Source of the DNA: Camelus dromedarius
Taxonomy: Eukaryota
Length of the DNA stretch: 64,000 bases
Direction: 5' to 3'
NCBI RefSeq assembly: GCF_036321535.1
Contig: NC_087438.1
Coordinates: 4,342,001-4,406,000, forward strand
Part shown: positions 32,341 through 45,408 of the stretch, piece after piece
Position numbering within the stretch: position 1 is the stretch's first letter
Layout of the letters: each line of letters starts with the position of its first letter
Program-made: the position numbers and the translations under genes
Notes under the pieces: generated by a model
Told to the model about the DNA's origin: nothing
Databases searched by the model: none
Seen by the model: the letters and a program-made list of their open reading frames with translations, nothing else

Positions 32341-34839
32341 AGGGTTGTCATGTTGGCAGGTGGCAGCCACCCCAAACAAGTAGCATGTGCAGCTTGGTTG
32401 TCCCCCATGGGTCCCTGTGCTCCTTAGGGATACCTTTGCAAAGATATTGTGCTTGGTTTTGCTACAACACTCAGAATCAATTCACAAGGGGAGGGATAAT
32501 GTATCCATCAAATCTAATGCGTGGCACTGAATTAGCCACAAAGTTGAACAGCTGTATTGGTCCAAATTCACCACAAGCTGGTTGTGTCTATTATGTGAAA
32601 TGGAAGAATGTTTTACTTCTTTCAAACTGTAGGAGAAAGATAATTATTGCTGCTTCATTTCTTCTGTACACAAAAGGGAAAGGCATTTTAAAGATACTGA
32701 AAATAACTCAAGAAAGATGCTTTTTGAATGTAATTGTTACATTGGTGAAGCCACTCAGATTGAAGAAATTACCACTTTAAAAATAATTTCTGTAAAATCA
32801 ATAATAATTCTCCATCACAATATTTGGCAAGCGCTCCCAAGATTTTTTTTGAATTAAGAATTCTTTGATGAGAGAGATAAGAAAATCTTGTCTTATAATG
32901 GATCAGATTACATTTAAAGTTACAATGTATGTAGCTCACTTGGGAAGAGAAGGAAAAAGCTCCCCAAAAATATTGTTAAGGGAGTACTTTCCACCTTTTG
33001 ATCTGGAAAATCAGATGTTTCCAAAACTTAGAACATGGAATTGCAGAACTATTATGTAGTGGTTACAATAAGAAGCAGCTACTCCTGTTTTATAAAGCCG
33101 GACGCTTTGTCCACATAGTTACTAAAACAATTACTTTTGCCTTACCAACACATGTGAATTAGGGCGATTTTGAGTGTCAGGCTGGATGTCCGTTCGGCTC
33201 CCCAGGAGACACCAGTCAGGAATTAGATGTAATTGTACAAAATAAGTGTTAATGGCTGGGAGAATTAACCTGTGTTGAAGGCTTCCACGATAAAAGGCAT
33301 GTGCTGGCTACGCCACTCTGCTTCCCAGCCAGTAGAAATATTATAACTTGGAACTGAATTTGTTACAAGTGTAGGTTAATTGTAACAAGTTGACATAGGC
33401 CTTTAAAATGTCACTTTGAAAAAGTTATCAGAATACCAAAACAATCGTGATTTCTTGACTCTCACTTTGAGGACTATTTCTTAGGGGAGCTTCCTCCCCA
33501 GCTCATGTGTGTGGGAAAACATTCACCTGAGGTCGGAACCCCTCCTGCTTGGCCTGGGGGAAGGCAGAGCCCCACAAATCTGTGGGTTAAGGTCCTTCAT
33601 CCAGTGAAAAATACCTGAAACTAACACGGGTGACGTCCCAGAGTGGCCACTGTGATTCCACCACCCCCCATTGTACATGTGCGTGTCTGTCCTTTGATCA
33701 CTTTTATAATGTATATTATGAAATATCATCTTAGCTCATAAAAGACAGTTTCTCTAACTGTAGGGTCAACCAGGAAAATAACATAAAGCTTAAAGGAAAT
33801 TATTTTAATTCATAAATAAAACTAATAAAGTGATTTTGAATTCTGTTGGATTGAATTATGGTGATTTTTTTTAGTAATTTTATTTAAAAGGGGATCCTGG
33901 CATCTGTCTTTTCATAGACAAGAGAGATGGATGCTTCGTAGTTATTCTTGCAGATAGAGAGGAAACAGAGACCCCAGGAGCCCTTTCCTGCCACCTCTGA
34001 CCCTACAAGTCCACCTGGAGGACCACATGTCCCCTCAGCATGTGGGGATATCTATAGATCCCTCCCGAGAATAATGTTTTTAAATGCACAAAACAAAATT
34101 CACCAGCTTTCAAAGGAAAACAATCATACTTAAAAATAGTTACCACATTTTTTAAAAAGTCATGAACAACAATATGAAATTAAGCAGTACATCTTTATTA
34201 ACACATTTAGTATCAAGATCCAGAGGCAAGTCCACCTACCGTCCTAGCTGGACACAGCAAGGAGCACTGATGACATTTCAAGTATCTACAACATCTGTAA
34301 TATGACTTTTAACTAGATGGGATTTCTGTTGGTGACAAAATCAAGGCAATGTTAAATCTGCTCTGGTTTGTTACTTCTAATCATTATTAAATGAAGTGCA
34401 GAACTACAATTAGGACTACAAGCTGATGTTCCTTTGAGGATGCATGGCCCAAAGAACTCCAAAGTAGTGAGTGCATGGCTCTAAGTGTTGACAGCTATCT
34501 TGGGAAAGAACTTAAAGCTTATCATGCAGTTCATGGCAAGAACCTCTGAGAATGAGTTTCAGGATCCCAACGTATATCTCAGTCTTACCATGGTCTTGTC
34601 GGGGAGGTGGGGGTGGGGTTGGGATAAAGCCATGGGCCTGGAGCAGGGTCAGGGCTCCAGAATCACCCCTCCTCCCAAGCCTGCTTCCCTGCTGGGCAGG
34701 TAGCCACCTCCCTGAGCCACAGGTGCCTCACCTGAAGAAAAGGAGCATAATTCCACTTCCGAGGTGAATCGTGATGCTCAAAGGAAGTGATGCAGGCAGG
34801 TGCCTTGCATAGAGGAGGTGATCAAGAGATGTTCCTTCT

Positions 34840-35510
34840 TTTAAAAAAGGTAAAACTTTATTGAAACAAATACAGAAGAAAAAAGCATGACAAAAGTCCC
34901 AGAATTGGGTTTACATTTGACATTCATTATTACATGAAGGGATCTATTTTCATAACTATCAGTATTTGAGAACAATCTTGACGTCCAGTTGGCTCAAATT
35001 TTTTTGTACTTGACTGTAATCTTACAAATATTCACAAAAGCTACAGGATAGCCTCCTCTTCGCCTTCTCAAAACCGCCACCCCTCTTGGTGGACTCATCT
35101 CATCAAGTCATTCTGCATCATTGGGTGTTGATATCTGATAATAACCGTGATTATGTCATCATCCAAACAGATTCAAGAGCTGTGTTTTCACCTTTCCAGC
35201 TTTGCTCTCTAAGAATCCTATTTGTTAGTGGTATCTTTAAATTAGCTTAATTTTTTTGCTGCTGCTAAGTTCGAAGATTACATAGAAGAATACTATTACT
35301 TAAAACACTTACCGGTATCATCTCTCAATGCACTTTGGTACCTTTACGTATTGTTCAGACCCTTTCTTTATTACAGAGTCCTATGTCCACTTGAAAACTT
35401 TTTGGCTACCATTTTGTTCCAAGATGAGAAACTGTTTCAAAATTAAACTTAAAATTTGTTCAATGCTGTGGATTCCAGCAGTTATCACAGGCCACACAAA
35501 ATGAACACGA
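34840..35510 (-). pseudogene. Candidate decayed processed pseudogene, parent not identified
   Basis: Minus-strand AATAAA (tttatt at 34858-34863) followed by an A-rich end; minus-strand 'aacaaaATGG' at 35411; 'atgttc' on both flanks; I recognise no repeat family here. All frames are interrupted by stops. Confidence 0.4.
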
Positions 35511-35619
35511 ATGTTCTCACTCTGACTGAAAGAGAATTTCCCTGTAGGCAGCTATCCTTCGCCTTACTGATTCATACCTTCAGGAAGGGTCTTTTCTTTT
35601 TTCACCCCTCTTTTCTCTT

Positions 35620-36655
35620 TCTTTTTTTAATTGAAGTATAGTCAGTTTACAATGTTGTGTCAATTTCTGGTATCATGTTTTAGTCATACATGTACATACA
35701 TATATTCCTTTTCATGTTCTTTTTCATTAAGCGTTACTATAAGATACTGAATATAGTTCCCTGTGCTCTACAGCTGGACATGGTCATCTATTTTATATAT
35801 AGTAGTCAGTATCTGCAAATCTCAAACTCCCAATTTATCCCTTCCCACCCCTCTCTCCCTACATAACCATAAGTTATCTACTATGTCTGTGAATCTGTTT
35901 CTGTTTTGTAAATAAGTTCATTTGTGTCTTTTTAGATTCCACACGAGTGATATCATATGGTATTTGTCTTTCTCTTTCTGGCTTACTTCGCTTAGACTGA
36001 TGATCTACAGGTCTATCCATGTTTCTACAAATGGCATTATTTTATTCTTTTTTTATGGCTGAGTAGTATATTCTGTTATATAAATTTACCACAACTTCTT
36101 TATCCAGTCATCTGTCGATGGACGTTTAGGTGGCTTCCATGTCTTGGCTGTTGTAAATAGTGCTGCTGTGAACACTGGGGTGCATTATCTTTTTGAATTA
36201 GAATTTCCCCTGAGTGTATGCCCAGGAGTGGGATTGCTGGATCATACGGTAAGTCTATTTTTAGTTTTTTGAGGAATCTCCATTCTGTTTTCCACAGTGG
36301 CTGCACCAAACTACATTCCCACCAACAGTGTAGGAGGATTCCCTTTTCTCCACAGCCTCTCCAGCATTTATCATTTGTACACTTTTCCATTGTAGCTTTG
36401 ATTTGCATTTCTCTGATAATTAGCAATATTGAGCATGTTTTCACGTGCCTGTTGGCCATTTGTATGTCTTCATTGGACAACTGCTTGTTTAGGTCTTCTG
36501 TTTAGGTCTTTTTTGGATTGGGTTGTTTGTTTGTTGTTGCTGTTGTTGTTGTTAAGTTGTATGAGCTGTTTATATATTCTGGAAATTAAGCCCTTGTCAG
36601 TCGCGTCATTTGCAAATATTTTCTCCCTTTCCGTAGTTTGCTTTTTTTTTTCTCA
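35620..36655 (-). mobile_element. 5'-truncated L1 (ORF2 C-terminus + 3' UTR)
   Basis: ORF 36100..36480(-) reads '[50 protein letters not shown]', the L1 ORF2p C-terminal Cys-rich region. Confidence 0.95.
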
Positions 36656-39162
36656 TGGAGGAAAGGTCTTTTCTTGAGTGAAATTCAGGAGACATCTAGC
36701 TGACACGTTCAACCTATATACATATACATGACATTGTGACAGTTGGAGGCTGATCAACAACAGAACACCAGTGCCTGCCCCCACCTTCTCTATTGCTCAG
36801 TCAGTTAAGGCTCTGAGCATTGGCCTGGAACCTAGGGTACAGCTTCCTGCATTTGGTAGGACAGTGACTAGATGTCTCCAGGGTTCTTTCCAACTCTCAA
36901 GGCTCAGATGAGTGGAACCAGCATTCTCACAAGGAGAGAGAATGGGACACAGTTTATCGATCCTCCAAGATTTTTTATGCTGTTTTGTTGTATACGCAAT
37001 GATTTTCCAATAGTTTAGCCATATATGAATCTGAAATTCAAGCTCTGAGATCATTAGAGGCATGAGAGCATCCTCCTGCCCCCAGTGCTTCTGGCCTGCA
37101 GGGCCAAGCCTGTTGTCTCCTTGGTGGAAGTGGAGTCTGTAACAGTATCTGAGTCTCGGTGTGTGGGCCTGGGTGGTGTTACCATAACCACCACTTTAGG
37201 TTAGTAATGTTTTCAGCATCATAGTCAGCAAATAGAAACGGCTCCACCCAGCACGGCTCAGACTGGTATGTTTTGTTTTGTTTTTTCACATATATTTATG
37301 TCTCTTTTTCTCTCCTGTAAACTAATTATTTGTCTGTCATTGAATCTTTTGGCCACGATCATTCCAGTCACCCTATCCTAAGAAAAATATCAAAGGCCTT
37401 CAATCTGCAGCTTGGCCTCAACCACGTACCACTCAGAGTCTGATTCCCCATTCGGGTAAGGATGTGCCCAGCTGCTGTTGGTGGACACCTGACTTGATTG
37501 CTTTTGGGGCCAGGATGCTGCCCAAGAGCAGGTGACCGACGCTTAACCCCTTCCAGCCTGTTGAAGAAGGGATAAATGGTCTCACATCCTCTCTGTGGCC
37601 AGAAGACCCCCAGGGAACTCAGAACTGGGTCTTGGTCAGCACCCCCGCAGGAAAGATACCTGCAACCCAGAACTCCAACCCAGATGTGGGAGGAGGTGTA
37701 TGACGGATGCAGCCAACGGGCAGATGTACGAGGCACAGGTCTGCATGGAGAAAGGAGTGAGGGTTCTGCCAGCAGGCGCGGCCGGGGGCCTGTGACTGCC
37801 GCGGGCGAGACAGACCCCCATCCCAGAGCACTGCTTGCGTTCAGCGTTACTGCTTACAAAGCACGGCTACGTGCGTGGTTTCCTGGAGGTCCGAGAAAGG
37901 GAGGGAGTCCTGTGTGAGGAGCAGGACAGACTGGCAGACCGGAGGGTGCCGCAGGTGACTGTTGGCTTCAGTTGCCAAGGGTAACGTGATTGAACCAGAC
38001 CATTACTTTCAAGTAGCAGCTGGTGGCTTAGGGAGACTTTCCAAGGGGCATCCTCTCTATATTGTCTCATTTTGTTGCATCATTAAGTAGTTGTCAGATG
38101 TCAAGTGTGAGGGACCATGCATTGGAGGGAAGACAGTCCAGCATGAAGGGCCGGACAGAATGAACTTATTACAGGACTCGGGGAAATGAAAGACTGCCCT
38201 CACTCACGTGCACTCAGGGCAGAACGAGCGTCGTCCAAAATTCCTGCGGGACGGTCCCCATGGAGTCAGTGGAAACGTCCGTACGGGGCCATGACAGTGA
38301 GTTGCCCACAGAGACTGAGGGAAATGTTAAGATTTCTGCCACAAGGAAGTGCTCTGACATGCCTGCCTTCTAAACCTACAGTGACTTGTCATTTGTTTGG
38401 TCTTTAGAAGAACAATGCGGTGATATAACTCGTCTTAGGAGCCAAGCATAGTTTGAGTGAAAAAAGGAAGGGAGAATTTTTCATAAGCAGTCTTACTTTT
38501 CAGAAGCATGAATGTCTAAGCCCCCCATTCATTTGCTGCTTGGTATTCTCCTTTCCTTTTCATGTTATTCTCTCCGCATAAGAACAGTGAATGTTGATGC
38601 ACTGCACCCAATCTTCATTTTCTTCATTTCCCGCCAGTCTCATTTCCCCACTAACTTTCTGCTACTCGTCCAAGTCAGTAAGTCACAATATTTACAGATC
38701 AGTAGCATTTGAGAAAATATTTCAGAATATTCTAGAAGGTTTCACTCTGCGGTTGGGTGAGTAATCCTTTAGAATGTTACTTCTTGCAAACTTTGAACAG
38801 GCACGCTGTGCTAAATTTATAATGCAGTGCTTCCAGTGTATTTTTAAACTTAAACAGTAAGACTTTAATTATTGCACAAACCAAAGCAATGTGCAGCAGA
38901 CAGCCTCACAAAAGAACACGGGTTTGGTAGTGACTTGAAGGGAAAAGAAAGAGTCATCAATGAAGAGAAAGGTAGTGTTTCCAATCTGCAGGGCTCGGAG
39001 TGGGGCACCCCTCCATGTCTGCACAAGGTTGCCCTGCGGTGCGGCCATTACCCACTTCCTCACTCCCTGGGCCTCAGGCTGTGGTCATGCCACAGGGACC
39101 AGGAGCCAGGCCTTGATCCAAAGATCTCCCAAAACCCAGTAGGCTTAGCATTTGTGCTATGA

Positions 39163-40108
39163 TTTTTTTTTAATTGAAGTATAGTCCGTTTACAGTGTTG
39201 TGTCAATTGCTGGAGTACAGCATAGTGTTTCAGTCATACGTGAACATACATATATTCCTTTTCAGATTCTTTTTCACTACAGGTTACTACAAGATATTGA
39301 ATATAGTTCCCTGTGCTCTACAGCAGGACCTTGTTGTTTATTTTATATAAAGTAATTAGTATCTGCAAATCTCAAACTCCCAATTTATCCCTTCCCAGCG
39401 CCTTTCCCCCGGCAACCATGAGTGTGTTTTCTATGTCTGTATCTGTTTCTGTTTTGTAAATAAGTTCATTTGTGTCTTTTTTCTTTTTTTAGATTCCACA
39501 TATCAGTGATATCATATGGTATTTTTCTTTTTCTTTCTGTCTTACTTCACTTAGAATGACGATCTCCAGGTCCATCCATGTTGCAGCAAATGGCATTATT
39601 TTATTCTTTTTTATGGCTGAGTAGTATTCCATTGTATAAATATACCATAGCTTCTTTACCCTGTCAGCTGTCAAAAAACAAACAACCCAATCCAAAAATG
39701 AGCAGGAGGCCTAAATAAGCAGTTCTCCAATGAAGACACACAGATGGCCAATAGGCACATGAAAAAATGCTCAATATTGCTAATGATCAGAGAAACGCAA
39801 ATCAAAACTATCACCTCACACCAGTCCGAATGGCCATCATTCAAAAGTCCACAAATGATAAATGCTGGAGAGGCTGTGGAGAAAAGGGAGCCCTCCTGCA
39901 CTGCTGGTGGGAATGCAGTTTGGTGCAGCTGTTGTGGAAAAGAGTATGGAAGTTCCTCAAAAAACTAAAAATAGACTTACCATATGATCCAGCAATCCCA
40001 CTCCCGGGTGTATATCTGGAGGGCACTCTAATTCGAAAAAATACATGCGCCCCCGTGTTCGTAGCAGCACTAATTACAATAACCAGGACATGGAAACCAC
40101 CTAAATGT
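39163..40108 (-). mobile_element. L1 with 5' inversion (twin priming)
   Basis: 39163-39672 is L1 3' end on -, 39673-40108 is the adjacent ORF2 segment on + ('[20 protein letters not shown]...PYDPAIP'). Confidence 0.92.
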
Positions 40109-42719
40109 GCTGATTTTAAACTGAATTTTTCTTCCACAATATTCTAAGGTTTTGTTGGGTTTTTTTATGTGTAGAATCCCAATTAAACAGAGTTGGGGAC
40201 ACATGCCCACCTGAGAACCTTGATTTCAGTGACGCTTACTGAGCTGTGATAACAGTTGTCATTTCCTTGCCATTCAAAGCAAATTCTATGGTTTTAAATT
40301 CTGCAAGAGGAATAATGCAGCTATAAGAGATACGAAATCCTGCATCACACAAAATTCCAAAGTCAAGTGGTGAGTTGTCTCATCAATAGAAAAGAAATGG
40401 GAACTAACCCCCAGGCAGTTCCAGCAGAACTGCTCAGTTCAGATACTCTGTGTATTTGTTTGTTTGTAAGGTTCTGAAGGAGTTTATCGGAGGTAGCTGA
40501 TTTCAGTGTCACATATGTGCACATTCTTGGCCACCTCTGGCTGCCCTTCTCAGTTAGAGCTGGGCTCGACTGGGTCTGGAGGTCAGAGAGAGAACAGGGA
40601 GACGGCCGCCCGCCCCGCCAGCCCTCCCCGGGCTCTACGCTGTGAGTCCGGGCACCCCCAGGTCTGGGGTCCGGACAGACCACCCTTGCCCGGGCTCGCT
40701 GCTGGGCTGCACAGGGCTGCACCTGGTGCACACACATCCCTCAGGTCACCCCCAGTGGGACTCTAATGCCTGAATGATGTTTGAAGAGTAGAGGTACGTT
40801 TGGACGTGGGTGCAGCTTTTTTCTGCTCGAGGTGCAGCCAGAGGCATTCAGAGCCTGAAGGGCCACCCATCCCTGGGGGCCTGAGAAGCCACGCCCTGAT
40901 TAATAATGCCCCCTCATGTGCCACCCCTGAGGGGCAGTCACCAGAATCGGACACTTTGGATGTAACTGCCGTTGTAGTTTTCTTAGGCTCTTTCTTAGTG
41001 GACACTCACGTTGACATTTCAGAGAAAGTGAAGTAGCAAGCAATTACTACATTGTGTCTATCTAAGAGTGAGTATTTTAATTTTGTGGCAGAAAACCAGG
41101 AAACCAGCAAAATACAGTTCTCACCAAGTTGCTAACCCGGTGATGTCAACCTCGGCCTCCGCCGCCCCGGTGCCTGCGGGAGACCTGTGCTCGCCGCAGG
41201 CCGGGCGTCCGTGGGGCTCCGAGATGCTTCTAGGCGCACAGGCCCCTCCCCCAGGACCCAGGACCCAGGAGTTCATTGTGGGGGCAGGGGGAGACCCCAC
41301 CTCAGGCACAGGACACCCCGCTTACTTCCTGCTCGGCAGTCACTGCAGGGACCTGAGAAGCTGGTCTCCAGACACCAGCTCCCGGGGCCCAGCCTGCCAG
41401 ACGCTTAGCCTCAGGGAGCACGGAACCTTGGCTCATCACCATTCCCCTCTTCTCAGACCTTTCTTTTTCCCCCTGTGCAGAGCGTGTAGCTAACACACCT
41501 TTATCTTTCCATCTCTTTATCGCCCACATCCCTCCCTCACCCCTCCCTCCCCGCCGCCTCCCTCTGTCCTGTCCGGTCCTCAGGCTGCCTCCCCTTTGCC
41601 CCCTCCCCTTCCCTTTGGTCCTGGACAGCAGGGAGGCCACTGATGGATGGTCACGGGGGAGACCCAGCGGTCGGTGTCTCAGCAGCGGGTCTGCCTGTCC
41701 TTCTGCGATCTGGAACCTGTCCACCCAGCGTCCTTGTGAGGACTCGGTGAGCGGCCGTGGGGTGTGTCCGCCTTCAGCACCCGAGGTCCGGCCGCCTGCT
41801 GGAATCGCCCCAGCCCTCCAGGTCCCGTGCCCCCTGCAGCCTCTGCTCTGCCCTCCTGCCCAGGCTCTGACAGAGCACCCCCACCCCCGCACAGACCCCA
41901 GAGCGCTCTGCTCCCAGCTTGCTGCGGCCTGTGCTTCCTCCTGGGAGCTCTGCTTTGTCCACCGACCCGCTGGGCTGGGTCCCCCACCCCCGCAGGGGAA
42001 AGCACCTCTCCACAGGGGGCAACAGCCCGCAGGGAGAGTACTGTGCTCCCCACAGCAGCTTCGTGGGGCTCCCGGGGGCGTGTGGGCCCGGGGGCCAGCA
42101 GCCTTGCCCCAGCAGGCAATCCACAACTACTGTAGAATGAAGCTGGGCTGATGACCTTCAGGTGCCGCAAGACCATGACCCATCAGAGAAAGGTTAAGGG
42201 TGCTGAGTGCACTGTAACGGCAGTGCCTGGAAAGTGGACATTTTTAGCAACAGAGAGACACTCAGGCAAAAAGTGTCTTCTGGTTGACACTGAGTGCCGA
42301 AATAATTCCGCCCTCATCCTGTGTGCGTCCCATGCGATCTGAATTTCTTGTTCTTCTCAAACACTGAGTTTATCAATCCTGGTGTCTTAGTAAACGAGAG
42401 TTGGTTTTAAGAGGTTTTGTTTTTAATCACGTGCCCTTGGAAGGCCATCCTTCTACTTGTCAGAAAATACGCCAGCAGACACTGGATGGAGGCTGGAGTT
42501 TAGCGGCCAAGAGACAGTGAGTCGGGGGTCCTCGATGTTTGTTTTGTCAAGTAATGTTACTGTGAAGAGCGTTACTTGTAGACCGTTCACGTAAACATCT
42601 TTATGCCTGTTCCTCTGGAGTCTTGCCCTGATTAGATCCGGTTGCCATGTAAATCCATCCTCTCCTCCCTCTTCCCTCTTTCCATCCAGCTGTGGCTTCG
42701 GGCTGGAGCCGGGCTGGCC

Positions 42720-43075
42720 CGCGTTACCCTCGGAGGGCTGCTGCAATCGCAGGGCGCCCCAGCCGGGCGGCTCATAAACAGCAGACATCTACTTCTCCCG
42801 GTTCTGGAGGCTGGAGTCCAAGATCAGGGTGTCCACCGGCTGGTTTCTTCTGAGGCCTCCCTCCTTGGCTCGTAAATGCCGTCCTCGTGTGGTGGTCCCT
42901 CTGTGTGTGTCTGTGTCCTGATCTCCTCTTCTTACAAGGACGCCAGTCAGGCCGGACCCGTGACCTCATTTTACCGCAGTTACCTCTGTGCAGACCCCTC
43001 TGCAAACACGCTGTGAGTGCTGGGGGTCAGGGCTTCAACATACAAATATCAGGGGACGCAGTCGGGCCCCCAACG
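42720..43075 (-). mobile_element. MLT1B-like solo LTR
   Basis: 'ggttctggaggctggagtccaagatcagggtg...ttcttctgaggcctccctccttgg...gggggtcagggcttcaacatac'. Confidence 0.85.
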
Positions 43076-43977
43076 GAGTCTTTGTTTCAAAACACGTGTT
43101 AGTTTTGGCCATTTGTTTTCCTCTAGAGACGCTGATCTCAGATTCCCCACCTTCCTTCATTGTCCTGGGGGCTCGCCCCTCGGCCCGTGCTGCCTACAGG
43201 CCCCTTGAGTGACCCCTTGAGTGAGTGACCGGCGCGTCTCCATGTCGTCAGCCCGTTCCCTCCCGCAGCATCTCCACCTCCCTCCTCATGAATGTTAGGT
43301 TTTCCAAGTTCCTTTGTTTGTCTTAGCTTTTTCAGAATGTCTTTCTTCTCTGCCTTTTCCCAGTGATCATAGTTGCCTTTAATTTTTGATGCTTTCTCTT
43401 TTCCACCTGCAAGGCCTTTTCTAGCTCTGGTTGCTGTGGGCTTCTCCTCGCTTTCACCCAACCCAATAACCATGGGACCCCATCGTCCCCCTTATTCCTG
43501 TGTGCATTATGATTTTGCCCACTTCTCCTTCTCAGTCTCTGTACTTCCGCCCACACCTGCTCCCACATTGCTCCTCCAGTTTGCCCAAGGTTGGCCAGTT
43601 GACTGTCTCTGGCATCCACATCCGCACTGGACAGTCATGCATCCTTTCATTTCTCTCTGCTTCCATATTTCCTCTCCTTCATCTCACCAGCGTTCTGTGC
43701 CTTCTCCCGATCACCCCAGCCCTGGGAGCTGGGAGCTGGGAGCTGGGAAGGGGGCACCCTGCTCTGTGCACTTGCCTGGGAGTCTGCAGAGAGAGAGGAC
43801 TCCAGGTAAAGCCAAGGTTCAGGCAGGCAGTGTAGACATGCCCTGGGACCGAAAGGGAGAGGGGCTGATTGGTTGATGATTATTTCAAAGAACAGCTTGG
43901 GATTCAGTGATGCTGGAAGGCCACACCAATGGACCAACTGAGGTCGAAATTACAGTGAATCTGTTTTAATCCTACTC

Positions 43978-44960
43978 TCTTTTTTTATTGAGGTCTAGTT
44001 GACTTACGATGTTGTGTCAGTTTCTGGTGTACCACAAAGTGATTCAGCTATACACATGTATATGTATTGTTTTTCATTATAGGTTGTTACAAGCTGTTGA
44101 ATATAGTTCCCTGTGCTCTACAGCAGATCCTTGTTGTTTATCTGCTTCACATACAGCAGTTTCTATCTGCTAATTGCGAATTCCTAACTTATCCCTCCCC
44201 ACCCTTTCCCCTTTGGTCAGCATAAGATTGTTTTCTATGTCTGTGAGTCTGTTTCTGTTTTATAAATAAGTTACTTTGTGTCATTTTTTAGATTCCACAT
44301 AGTGATATCATGTGATATTTGTCCTTCTCTGTCTGGCTTATTTCACTAAGTATGATAATCTCTGGGTCCAGCCATGTTGTGGTAAATGTCATTATTTCAT
44401 TTGTTTTTATGGCTGAGTAATATTCCATTGTGCATGTGTGTGTGTGTGTTTGTGTGTCTGTGTCTGTGTGTGTGCATGCATACACACAACTTCTTCATCC
44501 AGTCCTCTGTCAATGGGCATTTAGGCTGCTTCCACATCTTGGCTGTTGTATACAGTGCTGCTGTGAACATTGGGGTATGTGTTTCTTGTCCAATTAGTTT
44601 TCATCTTTTCTGGATCTATGCCCAGGATTGGGGTTGTTGGATCATCTGGTAACTCTATTTTTAGTTTTTTAAAGAATCTCCATACTGTTTTACACTGTGG
44701 CTGCACCAAATTACATCCCCCCCAGCAGTATAGGAGGGTTCCCTTGTCTCCACACCCTCTCCAGCATTTATTACTTGTAAACTTTTTGATGATGGCCATT
44801 CTGACCGGTGTGAGGTGACACCGCATTGTGGTTGTGATTTGCGCTTCTCTGATAACTAGTGATATGGAGAATCTTTCATGTGCCTCTCGGCCATCTGCAT
44901 GTCTTCACTGGAGAAATGTCTGGTTAGGTCTTTCGCCCGTTTTTTAATCCAATTGGTTTT
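43978..44960 (-). mobile_element. 5'-truncated L1 with internal (TG)n
   Basis: ORF 44521..44826(-) '[12 protein letters not shown]...[17 protein letters not shown]...[11 protein letters not shown]' is L1 ORF2p; 3' UTR and poly-T at left. Confidence 0.95.
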
Positions 44961-45275
44961 TATGCTGATACACCCAAGTTGATGCATTTTTTTTAATCCA
45001 AAGCTATTTTTATCATTTTAGATGTCTTTACCAAACTTAGGTGTAAGATGCTTTCTGAAATCCCACATTTCCATTTTTATGGTAATTTTATTCATTCAAT
45101 TTATAGGTATGTGAGAAAATAATTCTTCACTGGTAATTTTATTGATCATGTTTGAAACAAGCACCTAAGAGTTTGGAGGTTATATCAGACAGCAAGGTTT
45201 TTCAGGGAAAACAATTTTATTCAAGCATTTGCCCTTCGCGTGCACTCTTGTTTTATTCAAAAGTAGCAGAATTCA

Positions 45276-45408
45276 GGGGGGAGGGTATAGCTCAGTGGTA
45301 GAGTGCATGCTTAGCATGCATGAGGTCCTGGGTTCAATCCCCAGTACCTCTATTAAAAAAATGGATTAATTAAATAAAAACCCAATTACCTCCCCCCACC
45401 AAAAACAA
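45276..45408 (+). mobile_element. tRNA-Ala(AGC)-derived SINE (camelid vic-1 type)
   Basis: 'ggggagggtatagctcagtggtagagtgcatgcttagcatgcatgaggtcctgggttcaatccccagtacctc' has Pol III A/B boxes and an AGC anticodon loop, then an A-rich tail; flanked by an imperfect TSD ending 'gaattca'. Confidence 0.85.

Noticed and set aside
33950..34440. Possible old hAT-Charlie DNA transposon remnant
   Set aside because: Resemblance too vague to assign a family or boundaries without a Dfam search.
35085..35168. Box C/D snoRNA on the minus strand (ATGATGA with ttgg/ccaa flanks)
   Set aside because: No proper CTGA D box at the 3' end, and it is antisense to the host intron.
41302..42176. Cluster of overlapping 120-270 aa ORFs
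   Set aside because: GC-rich intronic patch open in several frames on both strands; no protein family signal.
45276..45352. Functional tRNA-Ala gene
   Set aside because: Altered 5' end, CpG-decay substitutions, A-rich tail and TSD, and no oligo-T terminator directly downstream indicate a SINE.
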